Shown: in pieces, positions 10,899 through 23,338 of the stretch | Position numbering within the stretch: the first letter of the stretch is position 1 | Layout of the letters: every line of letters begins with the position of its first letter | Source of the DNA: Malacoraja senta | Lineage: Eukaryota | Assembly (NCBI GenBank): GCA_038087875.1 | Contig: CM075996.1 | Coordinates: forward strand, 8,558,001-8,622,000 | Reading direction: 5' to 3' | DNA: 64,000 nucleotides | Position numbers and translations under genes: made by a program | Notes under the pieces: generated by a model | What the model was told of the DNA's origin: nothing | What the model saw: the letters and a program-made list of their open reading frames with translations, nothing else | The model's database searches: none

Positions 10899-13790
10899 GA
10901 CTTATCGGGGGAGAAGCACTGGGTGCCCTCTCTCTCGTCAACGTCAATGAAGACCAAAGTAGGTTGTCTATAGTTGGAGTGGTGATCTTATTTATGTCTC
11001 CTATGATCAGACGCTTGATTCCTGGCAGATAAACACTTTCTGGGAATCCCTGTTGTACAGGCATTTGTTTTTTTGTTGGATCCTGCTCTTGCCTCCTCTG
11101 TCCCGCTGTCTCTAGGGGTGTTGGGGCCGGTGTGGAGCATGGTCCCCGCTCCCATGGGCTCCTCGCCCCTTGCCCGGTGTCCAGCACACCCTGCACTGAG
11201 CGGTGCCCCAGAACAGGCCAGGAGAGACAACCCTCTCCCAGGAACCCGCATCACCCGCAGCTAGCTCACTGAACGGAAGGCCTTTGCATCACCAACCACA
11301 GTCAACAAAATCAGTGGCCTTACAGCAAGGGCCAGTGAAACGCAACCTCCAGCAGTTCCTCAGTGCTGCCGCTGTTGATGACTATCCTCTCTGGTCTTAC
11401 TGTGTTCTGAGGATGTGCCAGTGTACCCACAGTGTGCCTGGCCATGCCAGTATTGCCAACGTGTATCTCCCCCATCGATCTCCCTTGCCTGGAGAATGAG
11501 GATCAGCATTCCGTGGATGTCGGCAATGTTACTGATGGGCTTCTGTACTCCAGGGTTGACAACTTTTCCCGGTCCATTCTGGTACTCCGGGTGTGGGAAC
11601 TCCATCCCTGTGCTCCCAGTGAGGGAGCTCAATCCCTGTACTCCGGGAGTGGGAATTTTTCCGTCAATCCCTGTACTCCGGGAGTGGGAATTTTACATCA
11701 ATACATTTACACCGGGTGTGTGGGAATTGCATCCCTGTACTCCGGGTGTGAAACTCCATCCCATTACTGCGGGTGTGGGAACTGCTTCACTGGACTCCCG
11801 TGTGGGAACTCCCCATCCCTGTACTCTGGGTGTGAATCTCCATCCCGTTACTCCCGGTGTGGGAACTCCCCCATCCCTGTTCTCCGGATGTGAGTTCCCA
11901 ATCAATCTCTCCAGGTTGGGGAACACTGACGCACTAGTGCCGAGATCTCTTGCACATTCCGCAGATAGAAATCCACGGACAACACAGATACACCCGGGGT
12001 CATGGGAATGAATGGGATCAATGCGAACTCACCTCGCCCCCGGAATATTGCAATCGGTTCAGGATGGAAGTCACGTCCCAGATATAAACTGATCACTGGA
12101 CATCTCAGTTACACCTACACAGCGCAGTAAGAAAGGACACAGTCCTAGAAACATAGAAAATAGGTGCAGGAGTAGGCCATTCGGCCCTTCCAGCCAGAAC
12201 CGCCATTCAATATGATCATGGCTGATCATCCAGAATCAATACCGTGTTCCTGCATCCTCCCCATATCCCTTGATTCAGTTAGCCCTAAGAGCCCAATGCT
12301 CTCATCAATATATCCAGTGAATTGGCTTCCACTGCCTTCTGTGGCAGAGAATTCCACAGATTCACAACTCTCCGGGTGAAAAGGTTTTTCCTCATCTCAG
12401 TCCAAATTGGCCTACCCCTTATTCTGAAACCGTGACCCCTGGGTCTGGACTAGTCCAACATGGGGAACATTTTTCCTGCATCTAGCCTGTCCAATCCCTT
12501 AATAATTTATATGTGTCCATAAGATTTCCTCTCATCCTTCTAAATTCCAGTGAATATAAGCCCAGTCGATCCATTCTGTGTCGCCACTTTGTATGGAAAG
12601 GACTGGGAGCACTGCCGGCTTGCCAGAGTATACAAACCAGCGTGGCCGTTTCACACTGCCCTGGACCAGAGCGGCCAGTGGGCACATTGTCACAGCCACA
12701 AACCCCACGCACAATATGAATATCACCAGTAACCATTGCCCACATCCCAAACGTTACCATCTCTGTCGGCTGATGAGCCAACATTTCCCTGTTCAGTACA
12801 CTCAGGATTGTATGAATATTCCCTGTGGATAACAGCATTCCAGGATGGTGGGAGCAGTCCCTGTTGTTTGCTGTATTCCGGGGATAGGGGGTCATAGTCG
12901 TACAGCTTGGCAACTGGCCCTTCGGCCCACCAGATTCACGCTGACCATCAACCGTCATCAACACTAATCCTGCATTCATCCCATTTTCTATTCCGCCGGC
13001 ATTCCCATCAACTCCCCGGGATTCTACCACTCGCCCACACATCAGGGGCAATTTACGGCGCAACTAGCAGTTTTTCGTACGTGGGAGGAAACCAGAGCAC
13101 CAAAGGACACCCACGAGAACATGCAAACTCCACACTGGCAGCACCCGAGGTCGGGATTGAACCCGGGTCGCTGGCACTGGGAGGATAAAGGAACGTTTCA
13201 TGCAGATTGGTGTATTTCGGGTATGTGGGAATGTTGCCTGTCAAATTCAGCCTTCCCTGATGATGCCAGGAATGTGGGAATGTTCTCTATTGATTGTCAT
13301 ATTCCAGAGATGTGGAATAATTTCCCCTTCTTTACTCTATGGACATGTCCATGTGTTGCCGTTGGTTTTTAAACGCTGCGTTTTGAACATGTTCTGCTGC
13401 TCTTTCTGTAACTGAGGGAATGGTGAATGTTTTCCACTTGATCAGTGAAGTCTCTCGCGTCTTTTTTCTCCACAAAACCATCTCTTGGGAACGCCGGTCA
13501 GGTGGTACTGAGGGTGGGGACCGTGCGGTCTCCGTGCGTGCTTTCCAAAGCAGCTTCATGAAGAGAGAAACTTGTATGGAAAGGAATCTTTGTAATGGGA
13601 GTTTGTGTCCGAATTTCGTTTTTATTGAAACGGTATTCCACATTGGTGCAAATGGCAATACGCTGCTAATCGCTACCACAGTCGTGACTGACGTGTGTGG
13701 AGGAAGGAACTGCACATGTTTGTTGGTTTTACACCGAAGATAGACACAAAATGCTGGAGTAACGTCATGGTGGAGTAGCGCCAGAGACAG

Positions 13791-13990
13791 NNNNNNNNNN
13801 NNNNNNNNNNNNNNNNNNNNNNNNNNNNNNNNNNNNNNNNNNNNNNNNNNNNNNNNNNNNNNNNNNNNNNNNNNNNNNNNNNNNNNNNNNNNNNNNNNNN
13901 NNNNNNNNNNNNNNNNNNNNNNNNNNNNNNNNNNNNNNNNNNNNNNNNNNNNNNNNNNNNNNNNNNNNNNNNNNNNNNNNNNNNNNNNNN
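13791..13990. other. Assembly gap (200 N)
   Basis: Run of N. Confidence 1.
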
Positions 13991-15723
13991 GAAACCTTCT
14001 CAGCGTTCTTAACACAAGAGATGCTCCTCATTCCTGAAAGCGAATGGGTTAGCTTCTCCATGGAGGCCTTTGCCTTGGCAAGGGCCCACAGATTCCCTCA
14101 GCCGGTAAAATCTCTTAATCACAGTTTGTGGAATTTATAAAACGTTTGACTTTAATAATGCTTTTGTATAAATTACTCACTATGAATTCATTGGTGTTGC
14201 CGAGTCTGATGCAGCACATGGCATTCATGGGTCACCCACAAATGGGGATGATGGCACCACCACATCAGCATGTTCACCATGTATAATGTGATACCTTTTC
14301 TGAATCTGACTTAAGATTAACTGTGACACACAGCTTGTGAAAGGTTGTGATTTATTTTATATGATTTATTTGCCTCCCAATTCATATTGATATGTTTATG
14401 TGTTTTATCCACAAGCAATGATGGGGACCACAGCACACGGCGTACGCACCGATGGCAAGCGCACCCAACATCAGGGCACCCAGCTCAACGCCACATCAGG
14501 CAGGAACGACTTCCATGGACAGTACCAGGCAGCTTCCAAGAAGAGCCTATCAAGGAAGCCCAGCTGGACCCCCAGGAATACAGCAGCCTGGATACACCCA
14601 TCACCAATGATACCAACATTTCCAGCCAGATTAAAAAGTCAGGACTCAAATGTGAACCCGAGTCTGAATCTCACTGATCATTTCCCTGCTGATAGCCAGG
14701 GGCAAAGTTCCCATAAAGAATGAACAGTACAAAAGTACATAAATGTACATTAGAAAGAACATCATTTCTTGTTCTTTCTAATGTGGGAAAAAATAAAGAT
14801 CTTTTGCTGACTATGTAATTGTTTAAAATTTTTGCTTAAATATGATGTTACTTTTGTTGAAGTTAAATCTTTCTTGTTAAATGAATTGTTTTTCAATATG
14901 ATGTTATTTTTATGCTGGCATTAAATAACAATTTATTTCTTAAAATGTTATTAGTCTTTATATTTATTGTAGATAAGTTCATTTCCAATATGATTATTAT
15001 ACATCTGTAACCTTTTTGTGTTGCGAAAAAAAGCTGTTTGTTCGACCATCAATAAAAGTCTGGACATTTCTATTAAAATTTGATGTGTGATGATCTTCTC
15101 ATTTCTCAGTATTGTTAATCATGGAATTAATTTCACATATATAAATCCTCATTTATTTGGATCAATAAAACACACACGAACATTGAACTGCATTGAAATG
15201 CAAAACTTGTCATATAATGTGGTCAATAAAAGAAACACAGATGCAAGCATGGCGCTGCTTTTAAATTCATGACATTTCTATGAAGATTTGATGTGTGATG
15301 ATCTTCTCAGTATAGTTAGTCATGGTATTAATTTCACATATATAAATCCTCATTTATTTAGATCGGTTCTTGTATTAGTGGTCCTCTGTGGTGTGGGATT
15401 TGCTGCTGATCTTCAGCACATGTTGTTCTGCCATGGTACACTGCCTAGTTCGGAGTTGGAGTAAGCACAGAGATGGTCTCTGCTCCTTGGCTGCCTTGTT
15501 GCAGGTGTTTCCTGACAATATCTCCAGAGCCACCATCAGTGCAGCCTGTCCTCCAGCTCTCTATGAACCTGGTGTGACGTTTCCTGTCTGTTTGTCCACC
15601 GTGTCACCCTCCACCATGGCTGCTGCTGCTGCACTTCTGGTGCGGATCAGGTTGTGGAGGACACAAGCTGCATAGACAATGGACTGCATATTCCTGGGCT
15701 CCTGCTCCATTGTAGTCAGCAAG
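13991..15723 (+). mobile_element. Second, oppositely oriented copy of the same Harbinger element (3' part of MADF gene plus transposase C-terminus), cut by the gap
   Basis: Reverse complement of ~20386-21732 with substitutions and indels; - strand 15413-15723 encodes IVYAACVLHNLIR...GSVPWQNNMC* with an internal stop. Confidence 0.85.
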
Positions 15724-15994
15724 TCTGCCCTGCTCACGATTAAACACCATCTCTTGTCATCTCACCGGTGACCACGACAACTGCTCACTGCCTTATTCAC
15801 AAGTGAGCATAGTGCACTGCTCCCCACCCTGCTCACTGATAAACACACTGAGCGCACACACACACACCCACACACACCCACACACACACACACCCCACAC
15901 CCACACACCCACCCACCCCTGCTCACCCACCCACCCCTGCTCACCCATGTACACAGGAGTGGAAGTCAGTGACAGGAGATTTCACTTCCGCTGC

Positions 15995-16187
15995 TCTGGC
16001 CCCCTCGTCGTCCTACATCTTCAGCTCACCGACCTGCTCAGCGCCCGGGCCATCTCCTACCCCGGCCTCGAGGGGCGGGCGCGCTGCAGTTCGAGGTGCT
16101 GATGGCCATCGTGGGCTCGCACAACTTCTATCGGCCTGCTGCTGCTCATCGAGGCCATCGCCCTGCTCATCGGACCCCCGTCCGCAG
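15995..16187 (+). pseudogene. SLC16A8: SLC16A8 (MCT3)-like monocarboxylate transporter, degraded penultimate-exon fragment
   Basis: Pieces YIFS/LTDLLSARAISYPGL, ALQFEVLMAIVGSHNF and IGLLLLIEAIALLIGPPSA lie in different frames, separated by deletions. The expected donor reads ctcagt rather than gt. SLC16A8 neighbours PICK1 in human. Confidence 0.85.
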
Positions 16188-16896
16188 CTCAGTCTCATCC
16201 GGCCGCCGCGCGGGTCAGATCAGTCCCGTCCGCACCATCGGGTCAGTCGGCAGGTCGAGTCAGGTGGCCCGCAATGTGTAGTAGGGAGGAACTGCAGATG
16301 CTGGTTTAAACCGAAGGTAGACGCAAAATGCTGGAGTAACTCAGCGGGGGCAGGCAGCATCTCTGGAGAGAAGGAATGGGTGGCGTTTCGGATCGAGACC
16401 CTTCTGCAGACTCCTTCAGTCCGTCCCAGCGCGGAACCGGCGGCCAACCCCCGGCTGCCCGATACGCCCACTGGTGGCGGCCGGTACCCGGGGGAGCGAC
16501 ACCCCGGCACCCCTGGCCAGTGGATACTGGGGCGCCCTGATACCCACGCAATGCTCAAGCAAAACCAAGCAGCATTTAAACCTACCTGTACCCCGCCAGT
16601 GCGCTTCCTTTAAACTAGTTTTACCCAGCATTGCGCTCAGTATCGATTCCTGTACCCCGCTGGTGCACACCCTTTCATCTCATCTGTACCCAGTTACTGC
16701 GCTCATGACTGTACACCACTATCGCGCTCAGTATTAACTCGCCTGTAAGTGATAGACATGGGTTTTAGGAACTACTGGGTTCGCTAAGGTTCGTGAGGTT
16801 GAGGTTGGGAAGGAAGGGGGGGGGGGGGTAGCTGCTATAAGCCCCCGTGAGAAATGTTTTGCAATATGGTAAATGTCAGGGCCATTTTGAGCCTAT

Positions 16897-17773
16897 AGGG
16901 AGGTTTCACGGCAGTCGGGTCACGACCCCATGACCCGTACTGTTGCTACGCTACGCCAAGTGGATTACACGCGATGAACTGCAGGCAAGCACTTACCATT
17001 GTTTCCAGTGTAGCGGGCCGGTTAAAACCCGCCGAAATGGTCAATTTTTGCGCTGTAAATAATTATGGAAATCGGGATAAGCGTGGGAGACATTTAGCCA
17101 ACTTCAGAATTCAAAAAGTGAGGAGAAATGACGGTAGATTGAAGCGAGAGCTGAAAGGAACAACAACAGCCAGAGTGCTTGGCCAACATTGGCCGTTTGC
17201 TCACTGCATTTCATCAACTAAGGCATTATTTGTGTTTTTTCTTGATTCCTTTGGCATCTAAAAAGTTTCAGAAGGGATAATCTCCCCTGGTTCTCGTGGG
17301 TTGTTACATACAAAAATAAAACGCCTCTGAAGCAAAATTTACAACCAGATTTACCACTTCTGAGACTTTTTAGATACCAAAGAAATAAAAACAAAAACAA
17401 ATAATGCCTTACCGTTAATGAAATGCAGCGAACAAACGCGATAAATCCCGATATTTTCAATTCCGATATCTGCACGGCCAATGTTCGCCAAGCACTTTAG
17501 CTGTTGTTGTCCCTTCAGCTCTCGCTTCTCTTTACCTTCATTTCGCTTCACTTTTGGAATTCTGAAGTTGGGTACATGTCTCTCACATTTACCCCGACTT
17601 CCACAATTTTTTACAGCGAAAAATTTCAACATTTTGGCGGTTTTTAACAGGTAGGAAAGTACGCGTTTCTTGTATTAATAACATATACCTGAAGTGACGG
17701 ATGTCTTCCAGATGGATTGAGCGGCTCCGTGCGTCAAGCCCTATGACCCGGTGACCTTACGTGCAACCCCCCC
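16897..17773. mobile_element. Second copy of the ISL2EU-like double-THAP element, opposite orientation
   Basis: Reverse complement of 29801-30701; ORF 17351-17632 (-) contains RVCSLHF; MVNFCAVNN...FRIQKVRRN on +. Confidence 0.72.
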
Positions 17774-19822
17774 ATATACACTGGGTGTGATGATCACATC
17801 CACATTGTATCAGTAACTCAGGTAAATACAGATCGGCAGCTCAGTAAGGGAAGCTGGTCGCTGATTGGTCACAACGCCTCTCGGAGACTACGTCTGATTG
17901 GTCACCGAGTGACTAGCGCATTATATGATTGGACACAATGCCCTTGGAAACAGCGGCTGATTGGACGGGAGGAGGCCGATTTGTTGATTGGACGGTAATT
18001 TTAAGGGAAGCTGGTCGGTGATTGGACGCAACCGCCTTAGAGACAGCGGTTGATTGGCCGCCAAACAATCGGGCACAAAAAATTGACAAATAAGAAAACA
18101 AAAAAATGGGAATCCGATTTAAATCTGATATATAAAATACATAGGGTGGGTATCGATTAATTCTAGACAACAGATTAAAAAATTATCTAACCCCATTAAT
18201 TCACTCAAGGTGTATTATGATGTGTTCTACAGTATGAAGTGTACAGCAAAACTTGCACTTCCAGAGTGGTCTATCGTGTTGTTTTGTAGTCTCCTTGTAC
18301 CGATCAAACGGCAAATTCAAAATTCTATATTTTCAAAATGGGCAAAGCAAAAAGTTAACATGTTCTCTAGAAAGGCTTATCCTAAAATAATTGATCGGAA
18401 GGGTGTGATTTTCAGTCAGGATGTCTGTATCATTCAGACAGTGAGCTTGTAGTCCGGAGCCCTTCTCTATTACCCCTCTACATAAAAAAACAAAGTGTCA
18501 ATGCTTCTTCAAGGTTTATGAATCCACCCGTCGCTTCAGTTGCAGGTACAGCTGAAGGGATTTGGCGCTTGGGCGATGCCATGAATTTATATGAATTAAA
18601 AAAATCCTATACGTTTAAATCGTTCAAAAGCTATAACCACAACGTGATAAATTACACTAAATATAACTGAAGCGAATAAAGGCAAACAGACTAACCTTGA
18701 AGGTGAGAGAGAAAACAACACACATAAACTTAAAAAAAAATTCATATAACATCCCTAAATGACGGGCACAAATTACTAAATAACGTGGGTGGACAAAAAT
18801 GCTGGAGAAATTCACCCGCTGAGTTTCTCCAGCATTTTTTTCTATCTTCGATTGTTCCAGCATTTGCAGTTCCTTCTTGAAATAACATGGGTGAATGACT
18901 GTACCGGCAGACCAGGAAGAAGCCCGTGCTCGCGGTCCAGAGCCCTTAATGAGAGTAAGTTTTAATAAATTCTCCCGTGAATTTTATTCAAAGGAATCCG
19001 GCGTCATAATACATGGTCAAAACACAATTACATTTACTGAGGAATGTGGATCGGTGTAATGCTGACATTATATTAACCAATGGCTGTTAACAAGTGCTAA
19101 CAGTGGTAGTTAACAAATCGTTTTGTCTTATGGCCGGTGCAGCGGTGATTAGTTGTAATGATTATCCTTGGTTATTTTTTTTTTAAATCAATATTTAACA
19201 ACTCTGATTCCCTTCTTGTACAGAAATAGGACATAAACTGGAAACTGAAAAGTAGGGGAACACCGTCCCCCTGCGTACCCCCCATTGCCATCACTGCCCA
19301 CTAGTGAGCATCCTTTCATCACATCTGTACCCAGTTATTGCACTCATGACTGTCCACCACAGTTGCGCTCAGTATAAACTCACCTGGAGAACGGTACCCC
19401 TGGCCAGTGAATACTAGGACACTTTTATACCTATGGACGGCAGATACTCAAGCATAGCAACCACACACGACTCACGCAGAAACGATACAAAAGTCTGGAG
19501 TAACACAGCGAGCGGGTCAGGCAACATCACTGGAGAACATGGAGTCAACGCTTCGGGTCGCAACCCTTCTCCAGTCTGACAGTGGGGATGGGAATGGAAG
19601 CTGCAAGAGACTTTCAGCTTTTTCCCCCACCCTGACCCCCCCAATCAGTCCGAAGGGTCCTGACACGACACAGAGCTCTAGGGCCTGGCGGAATCAAGGG
19701 ATATGTTGAGAAGGCAGGCACGGATTACTGATTGTGGATGATCAGCCATGATCACAATGAACGGCGGTGCAGGCTCGAAGGGCCAAATGGCTTCCTCCTG
19801 CACCCATTTTCTACGTTTCTAT

Positions 19823-19956
19823 TTTCTTCTTGCGTATGGCATGCACAGCCTAAAGTTGTAAGACAACTTGTTTTGTTTGCTTCTGTTTGTGCACGCCACG
19901 TTGATTGCATTCGTCGAAACAGGATGGACCACGTGAAGGTTGCAATCTCCCACCCC
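19823..19956 (-). mobile_element. ~134-nt ribozyme-headed short retroposon (uninterrupted copy)
   Basis: Homologous to 29749-30787 without the insert; flanked by tacgtttctat / tatgtttctat inside a CR1 tail. Confidence 0.8.
19903..19956 (-). ncRNA. Second copy of the minimal HDV-like ribozyme, 54 nt
   Basis: Same fold; P1' is CCAUCCU (still pairs fully with GGGGUGG) and J4/2 is CGAA. Confidence 0.85.
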
Positions 19957-20361
19957 TATGTTTCTATGTTTTGTCGCCTATACATGTTTTCCAGAGATAG
20001 AATCGCAGAAAATAGGTGCAGGAGTAGGCTATCAGGCCCTTCGAGCCATTCAATTTGATCATGGCTGATCATCCAGAATCAGTACCACGTTCCTGCTTTC
20101 TCCCCATATCCATTGATTCAATTAGCTATCATTAAGAGCTAAATCTAACTATCTCTTGAATACTCTCACATTGAATACAGATGCTGCCTGACCGGCTGTT
20201 ACTCCAGCAATTTGTTTTTTTTGTAAACCCGTGTCATCTGTTCCTTGTTGCAACACGCACACACACAAATGCACACCATCATGCATGCTTACACACAAAT
20301 ATGCACAGGCACATACATGATGTACACACACACATGTGCACACACCATGAGCACACACACA

Positions 20362-23127
20362 ATGGCCTGTCCCACTTTGTGATTTTGAACTCCAAACTAG
20401 GCAGTGTACCATGGCAGAACAACATGTGCTGAAGATCAGCAGCAAACATCCCACACCACAGAGGACCACCACTACAGGAACTGATCTAAATAAATGAGGA
20501 TTTATATATGTGAAATTAATACCATGACTAACTAAGATCATCACACATCAAATCTTCATAGAAATGTCATGAATTTAAAAGCAGTGAAATGCTTGCGTCT
20601 GTGTTTCTTTTATTGACATTATATGACAAGTTTGGCATTTCAATGCAGTTCAATGTTTGTGTGTGTTTTATTGATCTAAATAAATGTTGATTTATATATG
20701 TAAAATTAATTCCATGATTAACAATACTGAGAAATGAGAAGATCATCACACATCAAATTTTCATAGAAATGTCAAGAATATTATTGATAGTCGAACAAAC
20801 AGCTTTTTTTCACAACACAAAAAGGTTACACTGAAGTATAATCACATTGGAAATGAACTTATCTACAATAAATATAAAGACCAATAAACGATTTATTTCT
20901 TAAAAAGTTATTTCAAAAGATTTTTTTTTCCATATTAGGAAAAACATCATTTCAGATATTCATAATAATGTACTTTGTACATGTATGTACTTTCGTACTG
21001 TTCATTCTTTATGGGAACTTTGCCCCTGGCTATCTTCAGCCAAATGATCAGTGAGATTCAGACTCAAGTTCACACTTGAGTCCTGACTCTCTAATCTGGC
21101 TGGAAATGTTGGTGTCATTGGTGATGGGTGTATCCAGGCTGCTGTCTTCCTGGGGTCCAGCTGGGCTTCCCTGATAGGCTCTTCTTGGAAGCTGCCTGGT
21201 ACTGTCCGTGGAAGTCGTTGCTGCCTGATGTGGCGTTGAGCTGGGTGCCCTAATGTTGGGTGCGCTTGCCATCGGTGCGTACGCCGTGTGCTGTGGTCGC
21301 ATCATTGCTTGTGGATAAAACACATAAACCTATCAATGTGAATTGGGAGGCAAATAAATCATATAAAATAAATCACAACCTTTCACAAGCTGTGTGTCAC
21401 AGTTAATCTTGAGGCAGATTCAGAAAAGGTATCACATTATACATGGTGAACATGCTGATGTGGTGGTGCCATCATCCCCATTTGTGGGTGACCCATGGAT
21501 GCCATGTGCTGCATCAGACTCGGCAACACCAATGAATTCATAGTGAGTAATTTATACAAAAGCATTATTAAAGTCAAACGTTTTATAAATTCCACAAACT
21601 TTGATTAAGAGATTTTACCGGCTGAGGGAATCTGTGGGCCCTTGCCAAGGCAAAGGCCTCCATGGAGAAGCTAACCCATTCGCTTTCAGGAATGAGGAGC
21701 ATCTCTTGTGTTAAGAACGCTGAGAAGGTTTCAACTATTCTCTCGTGTGATGTCTTTGGCTGTGTCATGGTGTTCATGGTGTCATTTGTTGCCTTTGCCT
21801 GTTGCACGATCTGCAACAAAAGGGTACGATCCAGGTAAGTAATGTTTGGGAAACGATGGAGAAAAATGGATGGACGGGTGGATTAAATGAGAAATCTGCT
21901 GATAATTCACCCAAAAGCACTTACTTCTTTGATCATCTCCCGCTGACTAGCCTGTCTAGACTCTTCTTCCTCAGCCGCAGTTGTGCTGCATGCTGCAGTG
22001 GGGATGGCAATGGTCTGCTTCCTCGTGCTGTACTCCTGACTGGTCGGGGTGGTGGATCCAGAGGGTCCCTCATGAGTATCAAGCTCATCCTCACTGGAGA
22101 TGGCACGCTGTGGTTTCTCCTTGTTAAAATGGAAGAAAATAAATGTGTATCAAATTTTCAAGACCATCAGGACGTGGCAAGCAAGATGACAATCAAATTA
22201 TCAATGTCAAAATATTTTTTTATACTAATCACCTTCCTGGTGTTCTGCTTCCTCTCCACTCGAACGATATGGTCATTTATAAAACCCCATTTTTCCACTA
22301 TCTTCCGCTGCCTCTCGGTCATAAATTTACGGCCCGTGTCAGACTTGTGTAATCTACGCGTCAGCCTGCCGTACATTGTCCTCTGGCTCTTATAGAATTG
22401 GCACAGTTGGTCGCCTGTGGAAACATAAAATGAATGAAGATCAGTGTGGAACAAATTGTAATTATAATTGTAATTATAATTTGTGATTGTAATTATAATG
22501 ACTGAAATGCAGAGAAAAAACCCAAAGTAAGTGTGTACTTACAAGTGCAGCCAGGGAACTCCTTTGCCTTGGCCTCAAGCATCATGAACCTTCGCTTCGT
22601 ATTCCTAAACTGCCTGTGGTATTTGTCATACAGCTCAGGTTTGGCCTGATACCAATCTACCAGTTCCCCCTCTTGTTCCCAGCTGAATTCATATGGTTCG
22701 GTTACCACTTGCCTCTTCTTCTTGATCTCAACTGAGACATCACTATCCTCAGCATAATCATAATCCCAATCTACATCCTCCTCCTTCTTGACCTCAACCT
22801 GCAGAACCTGGATCTTGTCCCGCATGGCTGCTTTTCGTTGTGCCCTGCTCTGCTGATGAGCCCTGCTTCTCTTCAGCGCCATTTTCCCATCGTCTCCGTT
22901 GCCAGTGACAAAAGTTTAGAAAGTCGGCGCTCCATTTACGCGTGTGGTCACGTGGTGCGTCGCTCAGATGACGCGTCGTGACGTGCGCGACGCATCTGGA
23001 CGCACAGTGAGGCATGATGACGCAAAATATATTAGCATGGGTCATGACCTTGCGTCACCCGGCGTCACGCCGCGACAACCTCTTTTCAGGCTGTCGCCGA
23101 AGATGTCGCCCAAGTGGGACAGGGCCG
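20362..23127 (-). mobile_element. PIF/Harbinger transposon, transposase almost fully deleted, retaining the MADF/Myb-like gene
   Basis: TIRs ggcctgtcccactt ... aagtgggacagggcc; last transposase codons (NSKLGSVPWQNNMC*) at ~20388-20432 (+); convergent spliced MADF gene on -. Confidence 0.85.
21619..22882 (-). CDS. Harbinger MADF/Myb-SANT-like DNA-binding protein, exons 22543-22882, 22233-22414, 21925-22119, 21619-21810 (further 3' exons uncertain)
   Basis: Four exons with GT-AG ends join into 303 open codons; motifs ELVDWYQAKPELYDK, YKSQRTMYGRL and KWGFINDHI are MADF-like. Confidence 0.75.
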
Positions 23128-23338
23128 ACACACGCACACGCAGACACACAGTGTTGCAGAAGTGTTACCTATAAAGTCAGGAGACGATGCGCTTTGTCCG
23201 TCTGCTCACCACTGACATGTACACGGCCGACCGGCCTCCCCCCGCCGCTCTCCCCCGCCACCCTGAGGCTTTGTCCGGGAGCGCTGGGGGAGAGGGTGCG
23301 GCGACGTGTGCCGGCTGTGTGCTTGTCTCCCCGAGCAG

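Noticed and set aside
11415..12011. 198-aa ORF downstream of PICK1
   Set aside because: Arises from the degenerate tandem repeat; no domain recognised.
13332..14061. ORFs spanning the N runs
   Set aside because: Artefacts of translating through assembly gaps; the same applies to 55232-55825.
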